Made by a program: the position numbers and the translations under genes
Shown here: positions 10,923 to 22,372 of the stretch, one piece after another
Numbering within the stretch: position 1 is the stretch's first letter
Layout of the letters: the number at the start of each line of letters is the position of its first letter
The notes under the pieces: model-generated
The model's input: only the letters and a program-made list of their open reading frames with translations
The model's database searches: none
Told to the model about the DNA's origin: nothing
Origin: Lysobacterales bacterium
GTDB taxonomy: Bacteria; Pseudomonadota; Gammaproteobacteria; Xanthomonadales; Wenzhouxiangellaceae
Direction of reading: 5' to 3'
NCBI GenBank assembly: GCA_022360675.1
Contig: JAKSCJ010000259.1
Location: forward strand, 4,169 to 68,168
Length of the DNA: 64,000 nucleotides

Positions 10923-12089
10923 ATGCGCTTAATGCAAGATCTCGATCTTTCCGGCCGCCGCGTGCTCATTCGCGAAGATCTCAATGTGCCGATAAAAGAC
11001 GGAGCCATTTCTTCCGACACCCGCATTCAAGCCGCATTGCCCACCCTACGCATGGCGCTGGAAAAAGGTGCTGCGGTGATGGTGATGTCGCACTTGGGCC
11101 GTCCTAAAGAAGGTGAGGCTGCCGCCGAGTTTTCATTACAGCCGGTGGCTCAACGTTTAAGCGAGCTGTTAGGCCAAGAGGTTCGTTTAGCCAGCGACTG
11201 GCTAGATGGCGTTGAAGTGAACCCAGGCGATGTGGTGCTGTGCGAGAACGTACGCTTTAACGTGGGTGAAAAAGCCAACGACGAGCAACTGGCCAAGCGC
11301 ATGGCGGCACTGTGCGATGTGTTTGTCATGGATGCCTTTGGTACAGCCCATCGTGCTCAAGCCAGCACCGAGGGTGTGGTGCATCATGCGCCTATTGCTT
11401 GCGCTGGTCCGTTATTGGCTACCGAGTTAGAGGCTTTGGATCAAGCCTTAAAAGCGCCGAAAAAACCCTTGTTGGCTATTATCGGCGGTTCTAAAGTTTC
11501 CACCAAACTAGGTGTCTTGAATGCCTTGATGGACGAGGTGGATCAACTGATTGTGGGCGGTGGTATCGCCAATACCCTATTGGCGGCAGCGGGTAAGCCT
11601 GTGGGTAAGTCCTTATACGAACCCGATCAGCTGGACGACGCTAAACGCCTGCTTGCGAGTGGCCGAATTCCGTTACCCGAAGATGTGGTCGTGGCCAGTG
11701 AGTTCTCGGCTGAAGCCGAGGCGCGTATTGTCGATGCCGACGATGTGGGTGAAGACGATATGATTTTAGATGTGGGCCCCAGAACCACCGCACGTTATCA
11801 AGACGTAGTGGCTCAGGCGGGCACTATCTTATGGAATGGCCCTGTGGGTGTGTTTGAATTTGATGCTTTTGCTGCGGGTACCAAAGGCTTGGCCGATGCT
11901 ATCGCCCGTTCAGAAGCGTTCTCTATTGCGGGTGGGGGCGATACTCTGGCGGCCATTGGGCAATGGCAGCTGGGCGATCAAGTCTCTTATATTTCTACCG
12001 GTGGCGGTGCTTTTCTTGAATTTGTAGAAGGCAAAGTGTTACCTGCCATTGCGGCATTACAGCAACACGCCAACGATGCGAGCGCATGA
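10923..12089 (+). CDS. pgk: Phosphoglycerate kinase
   Basis: ATG 10923 is preceded by caggagcag. Motifs: [38 protein letters not shown]. Confidence 0.97.
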   Translation: MRLMQDLDLSGRRVLIREDLNVPIKDGAISSDTRIQAALPTLRMALEKGAAVMVMSHLGRPKEGEAAAEFSLQPVAQRLSELLGQEVRLASDWLDGVEVNPGDVVLCENVRFNVGEKANDEQLAKRMAALCDVFVMDAFGTAHRAQASTEGVVHHAPIACAGPLLATELEALDQALKAPKKPLLAIIGGSKVSTKLGVLNALMDEVDQLIVGGGIANTLLAAAGKPVGKSLYEPDQLDDAKRLLASGRIPLPEDVVVASEFSAEAEARIVDADDVGEDDMILDVGPRTTARYQDVVAQAGTILWNGPVGVFEFDAFAAGTKGLADAIARSEAFSIAGGGDTLAAIGQWQLGDQVSYISTGGGAFLEFVEGKVLPAIAALQQHANDASA

Positions 12090-13429
12090 ATAGAAAACAA
12101 GAAATTGCCTTATTACTGAAGCGCAATAGCTGGGAACGTGCCGAACAGCTGTGTCAAACCGAGATTTTGCACCACCCAACCGATCCAGAAACCTGGTTTT
12201 ATCTTGGGGCTGTGCAAAGTGTGCAAGGGCGGCGAACCGAGGCTATTCGTTCATTAAAAGCTGCGGCCAGTTATATTCACGATGATGTGGCATTGCGTAG
12301 CAACGGGCACGATGTTAGCGATATCGAGCCGAAAGATAGCTTGCTGCTGCGCACCGCTCAAGCTTTATTACGTTTACGCGCTTACGCCGATGCCATGCCA
12401 TTATTTGAACGCATGGCTTTTGGTTTGCCACCGGTGATCTTGGGTTTGGGGCGTTGTCGTTGGGGCTTAGGGCGCTATGAAGAAGCGCTGATTAATTTCC
12501 ATGGCCTGTGGCAGGCGCGCCCGCAATGGGCCGACCTCACACTAACCTATGCCCGAGCATTACTCAGCTTAGATTCATTGGAACAAGCCGAGTTGGCGTT
12601 AACGGGTTTGGTGGATATTTATCCCAACGAACCTGAAGTGCTGCATCAGTACACCACCTTTTTGCTATCGCAACAGGGCGACGAAGCCGCATGGCAGTGG
12701 ATCAGCCAGCGCCATGTGGGCACGCCTTCGATGAAATTTGCCTTGCTGCGGCGTGCATTGATGGAGCGTCACGACGATATCGATGCAGAAAATCTGCAAG
12801 CGGTTCCGGGTAATGAACGCGAGCTCAGTCAATGGGAAAGCTATCAGGCACTGCGCCAGTTAGAACTCAAGCAAGCAGCGGGTTCGGTGCGTTGGTTTGG
12901 TGATAACACTGCCTTAATAAAGCATGTAAGCCAGTGCTTGCCCGCGCAGGGCGCTGTGGTGGAGTGTGGTGTTTTTTATGGCCGTAGCCTGCGCTTGCTG
13001 GCGAACTGGACACGCCGTGATTGCCATGGTTTCGACAGCTTTGCCGGTTTGCCCGAGGCTTGGAGCCGACAAGAACCTGCCGGTGCATATTCTACCCAAG
13101 GTCAAATACCTTCATTGCCTCCCAATGTCACTCTGCATCAGGGTTGGTTCGAAGACACCTTGCCCGACTTCGTGCAGCAATTAGATAACGATGTGGCTTT
13201 GCTTCATGTGGATTGCGATTTGTATTCCTCAACGCAAACTGTGTTGCAGCATCTTTTACCTAAGCTAAAGCCGGGCGCTATTATCGTGTTTGACGATTAC
13301 GCGGGTTATCCCGAATGGCGCGAACATGAAGCCAAAGCTTGGCAAGAAGCGATGGCCGCCCATGGTGTTAAAGCAGAGCTTATTGCTGCTGTAATGCTGG
13401 GCCGCTCGGCAGCTTTTCAATTGCAATAG
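12086..13429 (+). CDS. TPR-repeat protein fused to a class I SAM-dependent (TylF/macrocin-O-type) methyltransferase
   Basis: The ATG overlaps the pgk stop (ATGA). The N-terminus has helical TPR-like repeats. The C-terminus has [43 protein letters not shown]. Confidence 0.75.
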   Translation: MNRKQEIALLLKRNSWERAEQLCQTEILHHPTDPETWFYLGAVQSVQGRRTEAIRSLKAAASYIHDDVALRSNGHDVSDIEPKDSLLLRTAQALLRLRAYADAMPLFERMAFGLPPVILGLGRCRWGLGRYEEALINFHGLWQARPQWADLTLTYARALLSLDSLEQAELALTGLVDIYPNEPEVLHQYTTFLLSQQGDEAAWQWISQRHVGTPSMKFALLRRALMERHDDIDAENLQAVPGNERELSQWESYQALRQLELKQAAGSVRWFGDNTALIKHVSQCLPAQGAVVECGVFYGRSLRLLANWTRRDCHGFDSFAGLPEAWSRQEPAGAYSTQGQIPSLPPNVTLHQGWFEDTLPDFVQQLDNDVALLHVDCDLYSSTQTVLQHLLPKLKPGAIIVFDDYAGYPEWREHEAKAWQEAMAAHGVKAELIAAVMLGRSAAFQLQ

Positions 13430-13500
13430 ATAGCGCGTGCTGATGTTTGGTTAGCGCTTTATTTCGCTGTTGCTTATTGGTTTTAAATCTTGTTTAAGAA

Positions 13501-13537
13501 ATGGCCTATGTATTGTGATGCATAGGCCATTTTTTTG
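13501..13537 (+). terminator. Rho-independent terminator ending the tkt-gap-pgk-methyltransferase operon
   Basis: ATGGCCTATG-(10 nt)-CATAGGCCATTTTTTT. Confidence 0.85.
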
Positions 13538-13561
13538 TTCTCATGTGGTGTTATCTCTTTA

Positions 13562-13585
13562 GGTTTTTAAGATTGGTTTTTAAGA
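13562..13585. repeat. 11-bp direct repeat x2 (GGTTTTTAAGA, 2-bp spacer)
   Basis: Read directly from the sequence: GGTTTTTAAGA tt GGTTTTTAAGA. Confidence 0.9.
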
Positions 13586-13801
13586 ACGAGAATCGCTTTA
13601 TTAGCTTGCTTAATGTCCATTGATGGATTAAAGGACAAGCCTATTTAATATGAGACCTTTAGTATTTTGAAATGTGAACCGATCGTTTTGTGCTAATGGC
13701 AAAAAAAACGGCAGTCTATTCGTAAACTTCAATATCGCTAATGTCTTTTGTAGTTGTTTTTCAAACAGATAGAAGACTTTGTCTATTATATATAGTAGAC
13801 A

Positions 13802-14295
13802 GAACGTTTTCCCTTAGAAGCATTGGGGATAAGGCTGTCACCTTTTGCAATGCGCTGTTAGTCTTAATACCAACTTCCTGGGTCGATTGTGCTACTAGGA
13901 GCTTAAGGGGGATAGTTATGCAGGTAAGGGGGCATGACTGTTACAGCTCAGCATCGAACGGCTCGTTAGGAACATGCACCGGCTAGTGTAATGAACCTAA
14001 TACTGCCAGACGATGGCGCAACGGGAAGTGAAAACGGTAAGCGAAGAGCGATAAGCCAAGTCTTACCAAGTAAGAGCGATAATTTAGACTTTATACAAGT
14101 ACTTTCGCTGAGGGAAGGCGGGAGTTGATGAAAGCGGTTTATCTTTTTGTTGGTATCAGTGATGGAGTCGCCTGATAACAACAGATTGACTCCTGGATTC
14201 TAAGGGGGCGTCCAGTGAGCAAAGATATAACCACACTTCTATTGCATAAATAGAAGCTCAAAATTGGTGGGCGGAGCGATTCCGCCCCATTTTCT
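13802..14295 (+). ncRNA. Candidate structured noncoding transcript or mini-ORF locus (class unknown)
   Basis: About 0.5 kb has no convincing ORF on either strand. It is preceded by a palindromic TATA-rich element (TGTCTA-N10-TAGACA, 13780-13801). It contains several clean hairpins (14036-14067, 14164-14193, 14236-14256). It ends in a GC-rich hairpin plus T-run (GGGCGGA-gcgat-TCCGCCCCATTTTCT, 14269-14295). Confidence 0.3.
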
Positions 14296-14572
14296 AAAAA
14301 GCACTTCTCACCTTCTACTTAATTTCTTCTTTTAGCTATTCACGCTTGCTTGATCTTTGCCGTTGGTTTTCCGCTGACAGCTTTTCACATCAATTAAACT
14401 CCCGAATCACTATATGCACAAAGCTACTACACGCTTTATTGGCAAGCTAGCCTTTAGCTTTTAAAACGGCTATGTGGCGCTATGGTGCCTCCTGGGCATT
14501 GCTGTTGTATTTGCCTACATTGTGGGCAAGCCCATACGAGCTTATGAATTAAGAAAGGCTTTCTTGTCGATG

Positions 14573-14596
14573 AAAAAAAGCCCCGATAACGGGGCT
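14573..14596 (-). terminator. Rho-independent terminator for the minus-strand two-gene operon
   Basis: The minus strand reads AGCCCCG-ttat-CGGGGCTTTTTTT, about 150 nt after the stop at 14746. Confidence 0.8.
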
Positions 14597-14745
14597 GGAG
14601 AGCAAAGCTCATGGCAAGTTGATAACCGTAGCTATGGCTTTTAAGTTATCTGTGCTTGCACATGGTATGGAGAGAGTTTATTGCCAAATTTAAAGGTGGT
14701 TTAAGTGCTATGTTTTTCTTTGGCTGCTGATTTTATTGCTTTGGT

Positions 14746-15183
14746 TTAGCTACAAGGATTCAGCGGGTTATTGACACTGCCCACTAAGACTTCAGTTTCG
14801 TTATTGTTTGTATCGATTTGGTGAAGCACTAAATCATACTGCGCACAGTTCATTAACAGCTCTACATAGCCCCACTGTGGGTTATAAATGGGCTCACCAG
14901 TGCCTGCGCTGCCTTCACGTGTGGTGTTTTGTTTACCGTTGTTGTGGCGCGTTTGTTGACCAATGGCCGTACTGCTGACCGGTATGCGTATGTAGCCATT
15001 GGTATTATTACCGTTACCGCTTAATAGCTGGCCATCAAATTCCATCATGATAGCTGTGTTGCCGCTAGCTAAGGGTAATACTTTCGCGTTGATATCAGCA
15101 GCCTGGCTGGTAGCGCTGATAACAGTCAAACCTAATAGCATGCCGAGGGAGGTTGACGTAAAAATCCGTTTACTTGCCTTCAT
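14746..15183 (-). CDS. Small secreted protein with two Cys (hypothetical)
   Basis: ATG 15183 gives MKASKRIFTSTSLGMLLGLTVISATSQA|ADIN (signal peptide). The mature part is Asn/Gly/Thr-rich with Cys at ...MNCAQ... and the C-terminal NPCS. It lies 4 nt downstream of the 310-aa gene. Confidence 0.6.
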   Translation of the reverse strand: MKASKRIFTSTSLGMLLGLTVISATSQAADINAKVLPLASGNTAIMMEFDGQLLSGNGNNTNGYIRIPVSSTAIGQQTRHNNGKQNTTREGSAGTGEPIYNPQWGYVELLMNCAQYDLVLHQIDTNNNETEVLVGSVNNPLNPCS

Positions 15184-15187
15184 AAGA

Positions 15188-16120
15188 CTAGTCCCTTTTC
15201 TGGTTGAATAGATCAAGCTTTATCTTGGGATGATGCTCAATATCAATGTATAAGCCATTTAGGCTTTCATTTGGTTGCCGCTGCCAGTAATACAGGCCGG
15301 CACCCACTAACACGGTGTTGAATTCGGGCTGTGAAGTATCTTCGTGGTTACGAATAATACGCTTGCAATCCTCGTGATAGTTTTTTAAAGCATCTGCTAG
15401 GTCTGTGCGAAGATCTTGGATTTTTTCCTGAGGCAGAGCCACTGACCAACTAAAACGCTGTACCCAGCGCTGATCAGATGATGTTGCTTCTATATTATGG
15501 ATTATGGTGTTAATTTGGTTTTCGATGCTAAATGATCCCACATCTAGCATTTCACAGTCCGTACCTTTAATGATGGTCCAATACGGATTCAATAAACGTA
15601 CCCAATGGTTGTTGATGATTTCAACATGACCATTTTCTAATAGCCGATCAAGTGCGGTTTGCGTGGTGACGCCGCGTCCTGCTACCGATGTCACCAAGCG
15701 CTGAAATGTACGCCCGCTACCTAAGACGAGAAGATCGATGGGCTCGTTGGTACTAGGATCACGGTAGCTAGGATCATTGGCCCAACGATTGAGAATTCGT
15801 GACTCTAAAGTAAGGTCGCTTTCATCGCAGGAGAAAGGCTCGTTCATGAGCTCTTTTACTTGTTGCATGCGCACGCCCGTGAGCATTGCGACACGTGACA
15901 AAATCACTTTGCCGTTGTTTTCAGCGGCAACACGTCGGCAGCCTTCTTCAACTGCGATACGGCGCATGATCTCGACGAGTACATCGAAGGTAATGCGGCC
16001 GATAAACAGGCGCATAAATCCGCGTAGCAAGCGTATCGCTGCGTTAATGAGCGTGTCTGAGAGTTGCTGAGGTTGTTCCACGTAGGGGGTTAACTTCTCG
16101 AGTAAGTTCGAGCGATCCAT
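15188..16120 (-). CDS. Uncharacterised cytoplasmic protein with HTH-like segments (resembles my recollection of the DUF6502 family)
   Basis: The 310-aa ORF has protein-like composition. N-terminal pattern: AIRLLRGFMRLFIG...VEIMRRIAVEEG...GKVILSRVAMLTGVRMQQVKELM (HTH-like). A second wHTH-like stretch reads GVTTQTALDRLLENGHVEII. The family assignment is not verified. Confidence 0.6.
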   Translation of the reverse strand: MDRSNLLEKLTPYVEQPQQLSDTLINAAIRLLRGFMRLFIGRITFDVLVEIMRRIAVEEGCRRVAAENNGKVILSRVAMLTGVRMQQVKELMNEPFSCDESDLTLESRILNRWANDPSYRDPSTNEPIDLLVLGSGRTFQRLVTSVAGRGVTTQTALDRLLENGHVEIINNHWVRLLNPYWTIIKGTDCEMLDVGSFSIENQINTIIHNIEATSSDQRWVQRFSWSVALPQEKIQDLRTDLADALKNYHEDCKRIIRNHEDTSQPEFNTVLVGAGLYYWQRQPNESLNGLYIDIEHHPKIKLDLFNQKRD

Positions 16121-16615
16121 AGCATTCCCTGCGTTTAAATATTATCGTTAAACCATTCACATTCTAGGCCCCGATTCCGTAGGGCAGCGACGAAAAAGCT
16201 AGCATGAAATCAAAGGTTTGTGAAATAGGGTCTGCGTTAGATTCGCACTGGAGTGATTTTTATGATCACCGGTTAAGTGCTTGTTACAGCAATAAAAACT
16301 TGCCTGTAAATGGACAGCCTTGGCAATGGTAAAAGTTACTTTTATCTTTTTGAGACGAGCATTTTGCTCTGAGACTTCGTTTTTTTTAGTGCTCTAAAGT
16401 GCGCTGCTAACATGACGCAAGCTTTTGTAAGTAATGTGTTTTTTTGGCGAAATTGAATTTATTTATTTGATGATAAATCGGCGTGTGTTGTGCCACTGTT
16501 CCAATTTCCGCATATGTAAGAATGGTATATCAGCCTAAAGTTGCAATTGCGAGATTGCTCATTTTGTATTAGGTTTTGCTAAATGTTTGAATTTACGCGA
16601 ATATATCTTGAAGCT

Positions 16616-17299
16616 TTAACGGTATAACTGATGGTTTTTAATGTATTCGATCACAGAAACGGGTAGTAAAAAGCGTGGATTATAGCCTTGCTGTATTTGT
16701 TGACGAATATCGGTTGATGAAATAGCTAACTGAGTTATGGGTAAGTGCAAGACCAGCCCATGCTGATAAGCGAGCAGGCGTTGCTGCGTTTGCGTGCTGC
16801 GTTGCTGCATCTGCGGCGTTAGTTGGGCACTGTACGCGCTGGCGCTTTCTGGGCGTGTCATCACGATGAGATGGCACAATTCAAACAATTCTTGCCAACG
16901 ATGCCAACGATCTAAATCATTGGCTGCATCTTGGCCCAGTACTAAGCTGAGCGAAATATCGGGGCTTTCTTGGCGAATCGATTTGAGCGTATCCACCATA
17001 TAACTGGGGCCGTTGCGTAAAATCTCTCGCTGATCGATGGTGAAATCGGGGTGATTTTTTAACACCAGCTCCAGCATGGCCAGGCGATGTTGGGCGTTGG
17101 CAAAGGTGTGGTCGCGATGTGGTGGCGTGCCTGAGGGTAGCAAGCGTAGTTCTGCCTCGCTTAAAGCCTCTTTAACCTCGGATGCGGCGCGCAAATGGCC
17201 ATAATGAACAGGATCAAAAGTGCCGCCGAAGATCACCACGGCCCGCCCTTGGGCTGGTTTTAGTGGGCGCTGGTTTTGTTGGTGAGCGTGGTTGGTCAT
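16616..17299 (-). CDS. nadD: Nicotinate-nucleotide adenylyltransferase
   Basis: ATG 17299 gives MTNHAH...VVIFGGTFDPVHYGHL (the (H/T)xGH motif), followed by ISSTDIR. It sits downstream of holA as in the conserved leuS-lptE-holA-nadD cluster. The Pro/Arg-rich extension in the ORF track is rejected. Confidence 0.92.
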   Translation of the reverse strand: MTNHAHQQNQRPLKPAQGRAVVIFGGTFDPVHYGHLRAASEVKEALSEAELRLLPSGTPPHRDHTFANAQHRLAMLELVLKNHPDFTIDQREILRNGPSYMVDTLKSIRQESPDISLSLVLGQDAANDLDRWHRWQELFELCHLIVMTRPESASAYSAQLTPQMQQRSTQTQQRLLAYQHGLVLHLPITQLAISSTDIRQQIQQGYNPRFLLPVSVIEYIKNHQLYR

Positions 17300-17304
17300 C
17301 GAGA

Positions 17305-18336
17305 TTACAGGCGAATGGCCTGTAGCGGGTTTTGGGCGGGTTGCAAAGTCACCGCGATAATAAAGCGTTCTAGTGCGGTGAGGAAGTCGCCTCGGCGCTG
17401 ACCTTTGGCCATGCAATCGAGCTGGGCCAGTGCGGCCAGGGCTTGATTGGCGTGATCGGCACCTAGGCGGCGTGCAGCTTGCTGAATAGGGCCTTGGCGG
17501 TTGCGCCAAATACCTAACTCTTTAAAAGCTGCATCGATGCCCTGGCGTGGTGCAAGATACATCCACTGACGCAGCAGTTGGAATTCGCGAATCAGTAAGC
17601 CCACCAATAAGGGCGGTGCTTCGCCTGCACGCAGTAAACCATGGGCCATGCGCAAAGCTTCGGCAGTGGCTCCTTTGAGCACGGTTTCCGTCATGCGAAA
17701 CACATCGAACTGAGCGCTGTCGGCCACTGCGTTTTCGATGGCGGCTAAGGTCACCTCACCTTGAGGCAATATTAAGGCCAGCTTATCCACCTCTTGCGCG
17801 GCAGCTAGTAAATTGCCTTCTACCCGACTGCTCAACAGTGCCACGGCATCGCCATTGGCCTTTAAACCCCGGCTGCGTAGGCGTTGTTGAATCCAACCAT
17901 TCAGGCGTTCGGGTTTAACCGCCCAAACCGGAACGTACACACCTGCCTGTTCCACTGATTTAGCCCAGCTGGTTTTTTCGCTGCTTAAATCCCATTGTTC
18001 GCTGGTGATCAGCAGGTAATCGCTATTGCCGGATTTCAGCCATTCTTGAATAGCGGCACCGCCTTCGCGGCCGATTTTGCCTGAGCTCAGCCTGAGTTCA
18101 ATGAGGCGCGAATCGCCAAATAACGACATGCTGGCACCGGCGCTGGCTAATTGGTTCCAATCGAAACCTTTATCGGCTTCTAAAATCTCGCGTTCGGTAA
18201 CGCCTTGTTGTTTTAAGCGCTCGCGGATGGCTTGCACGGCCTCTTCACGCAGGAGCATTTCGGGGCCCGCCACCAGATACACTGGTGCCGGATCCCCTTG
18301 TAGCTGGCGCGATAATTGTTGTGAGTCGATGCGCAT
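17305..18336 (-). CDS. holA: DNA polymerase III delta subunit
   Basis: 343 aa. N-terminus MRIDSQQLSRQLQGDPAPVYLVAGPEMLL is typical of HolA. Conserved position after lptE, with a TAATG overlap. Confidence 0.9.
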   Translation of the reverse strand: MRIDSQQLSRQLQGDPAPVYLVAGPEMLLREEAVQAIRERLKQQGVTEREILEADKGFDWNQLASAGASMSLFGDSRLIELRLSSGKIGREGGAAIQEWLKSGNSDYLLITSEQWDLSSEKTSWAKSVEQAGVYVPVWAVKPERLNGWIQQRLRSRGLKANGDAVALLSSRVEGNLLAAAQEVDKLALILPQGEVTLAAIENAVADSAQFDVFRMTETVLKGATAEALRMAHGLLRAGEAPPLLVGLLIREFQLLRQWMYLAPRQGIDAAFKELGIWRNRQGPIQQAARRLGADHANQALAALAQLDCMAKGQRRGDFLTALERFIIAVTLQPAQNPLQAIRL

Positions 18337-18872
18337 TAAGACTGAGCTGCCGAGCGTATAGGCAGTTCTTCCAGGCGGCGCAGCACTTCGCTCACCATAG
18401 CCGCTTCCATGTCGCGACGAAGGAACTCTTCCTCGCGGGTGGCGGCAAGAATTTCTTGTTCGTCGAAGCTGTAGTCGCGGAAAATTTCCACATGGCGCGA
18501 ATTAGAGATTTTTTTGCCGTCGCTAGATTGCAGGTGGAAATCCACAATAAACGACAAACGATACTCACGAATACGCGCGGTGCCGGCAAAGGACGCAGCT
18601 GTGCGCTGGAAGCGCGCTGTGGTCACTTTCAAAATGGCACTGGCATTGCCTGGGCTTTCTTGGATTGCCACGCCATTACCGCTTAAGGTTCGTTCTAAAG
18701 CACGGCCAAACTCGCCGTAGCGATCGGGCATATCGAGATATGTGCGAGACATAAGCTCGGGTAAATCGGCGCTGCCCCGTAATTGAAAGCCGCAACTTTG
18801 CAGTAGCAGCGTTAAACCCAAAACCATGGCGCTAAGCGCCACGGTTGGGAGTCGTTGAATCATTTTGTGCAT
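18336..18872 (-). CDS. lptE: LPS-assembly lipoprotein LptE
   Basis: Lipobox LLLQSC followed by GFQLRG, about 178 aa, immediately downstream of leuS. Confidence 0.9.
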   Translation of the reverse strand: MHKMIQRLPTVALSAMVLGLTLLLQSCGFQLRGSADLPELMSRTYLDMPDRYGEFGRALERTLSGNGVAIQESPGNASAILKVTTARFQRTAASFAGTARIREYRLSFIVDFHLQSSDGKKISNSRHVEIFRDYSFDEQEILAATREEEFLRRDMEAAMVSEVLRRLEELPIRSAAQS

Positions 18873-18875
18873 TAT

Positions 18876-21506
<2,631 letters not shown>

Positions 21507-21725
21507 TTAACGCAAGGTTTGCGGCCGGGATGGACGAGAAAAACTAGGGCGCCCGCATCGATCAGACATCGACCCGGGCGCCTTAAGAATGAACTGGCAG
21601 CAGAACAGGCTCTGCTGTGCATCGCTACTATACCCCGCCGCCGCCTTATAGAGTAGTCGTTGGCGGCAGATTAGCCTGAGATCTCACAGCGCAGCCAGGC
21701 TATGGAGAGATCAGTCGATGCAGAC

Positions 21726-22124
21726 CTATAAGTTATCGTCTAGCTCTTGCTCCAGCTCTGCGGCTTTTTCTTTGGCCGCTTCCAATGCTTCAGCAGCGCG
21801 CTCTTGGGCGTCGCTGGCGGCGTTATTCAGCGCTTCGGCGGCTTGCTCGCCCATGGCTTGAGCGTGCTTGCCGGCGGTGTCCATTTGTTCGCCGATATCT
21901 TGACCCATTTCCTGTGCAGCGGCTTTGGCGTCGTCCATCATTTGGCCGGCGCTTTCTGCCGAATCAGTGAGAATTTCGCCACCTTTTTCCATGCCCTCTT
22001 CAATGGCGGATTCAGCCGCAGCTTGTAAGTCCTGTGCTTGTTCTTTGGCCTCTTCTGCTTTTTCGCAAGCGCTGAGCATGAGGCTTGCTGCCAGTAATAC
22101 GATGGAATATTGAATGGTTTTCAT
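21726..22124 (-). CDS. Ala/Glu-rich lipoprotein (hypothetical)
   Basis: ATG 22124 gives MKTIQYSIVLLAASLMLSAC (lipobox). The rest is a low-complexity helical A/E/Q/M-rich sequence. Confidence 0.65.
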   Translation of the reverse strand: MKTIQYSIVLLAASLMLSACEKAEEAKEQAQDLQAAAESAIEEGMEKGGEILTDSAESAGQMMDDAKAAAQEMGQDIGEQMDTAGKHAQAMGEQAAEALNNAASDAQERAAEALEAAKEKAAELEQELDDNL

Positions 22125-22372
22125 AGCGCACCTCATTGGTATCAATGCCCATGGTTGTTCATGGTCGTGGTTGCTTGTTGATGGTTCAAACGTCGATCGC
22201 CCAAAGCATGGGGGATCATCAATACTGTACGCGGGCTAGAACGCAATTAAGGTTACAAGGCGTGAACAAAAGTAACGTTTAGGTGGTGAATCTTAGAACA
22301 ATTGCCTGAAGCGCTATACTCGCCACACCAGTTTGATATTCGTTGAGCTTAAACAGTAAAAGGTAGGTTTGT

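Noticed and set aside
13741-13986. 81-aa plus-strand ORF in the island (and the 71-aa minus-strand ORF at 13966-14181)
   Set aside because: The sequences are not protein-like (Cys/Leu/Arg/Phe-rich, no SD at the first start). Only the last 22 codons, which have their own strong SD, are kept as a hypothesis in the findings.
13802-14295. Idea that the ORF-free island segment is a CsrB/RsmZ-type CsrA-sponge RNA
   Set aside because: GGA/GGG motifs are present, but by eye they are not more frequent than expected. They are not presented as ANGGA in repeated hairpin loops.
13430-14300. Known housekeeping or mobile RNAs (tmRNA, RNase P RNA, 6S, SRP RNA, group II intron domain V, retron msr/msd)
   Set aside because: None of the conserved cores I can recall was found: GGAAAGTCCGGGC for RNase P, the tRNA-like 3' end for tmRNA, GGUCCGGAAGGAAGCAGCC for SRP, or an AGC...GNRA 34-nt domain V hairpin. 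No reverse transcriptase gene is nearby.
16616-17509. 297-aa version of the nadD ORF with a Pro/Arg-rich N-terminal extension overlapping holA
   Set aside because: The extension is low-complexity and overlaps the holA 3' end. ATG 17299 gives a normal NadD N-terminus, 5 nt after the holA stop. Similar ORF-track over-extensions were trimmed for pgk (10815), galU (27207), serC (40727), hisC (27509), leuS (21497), uspA (5456), ihfB (33347), lapB (34147) and the ECF sigma gene (57671).
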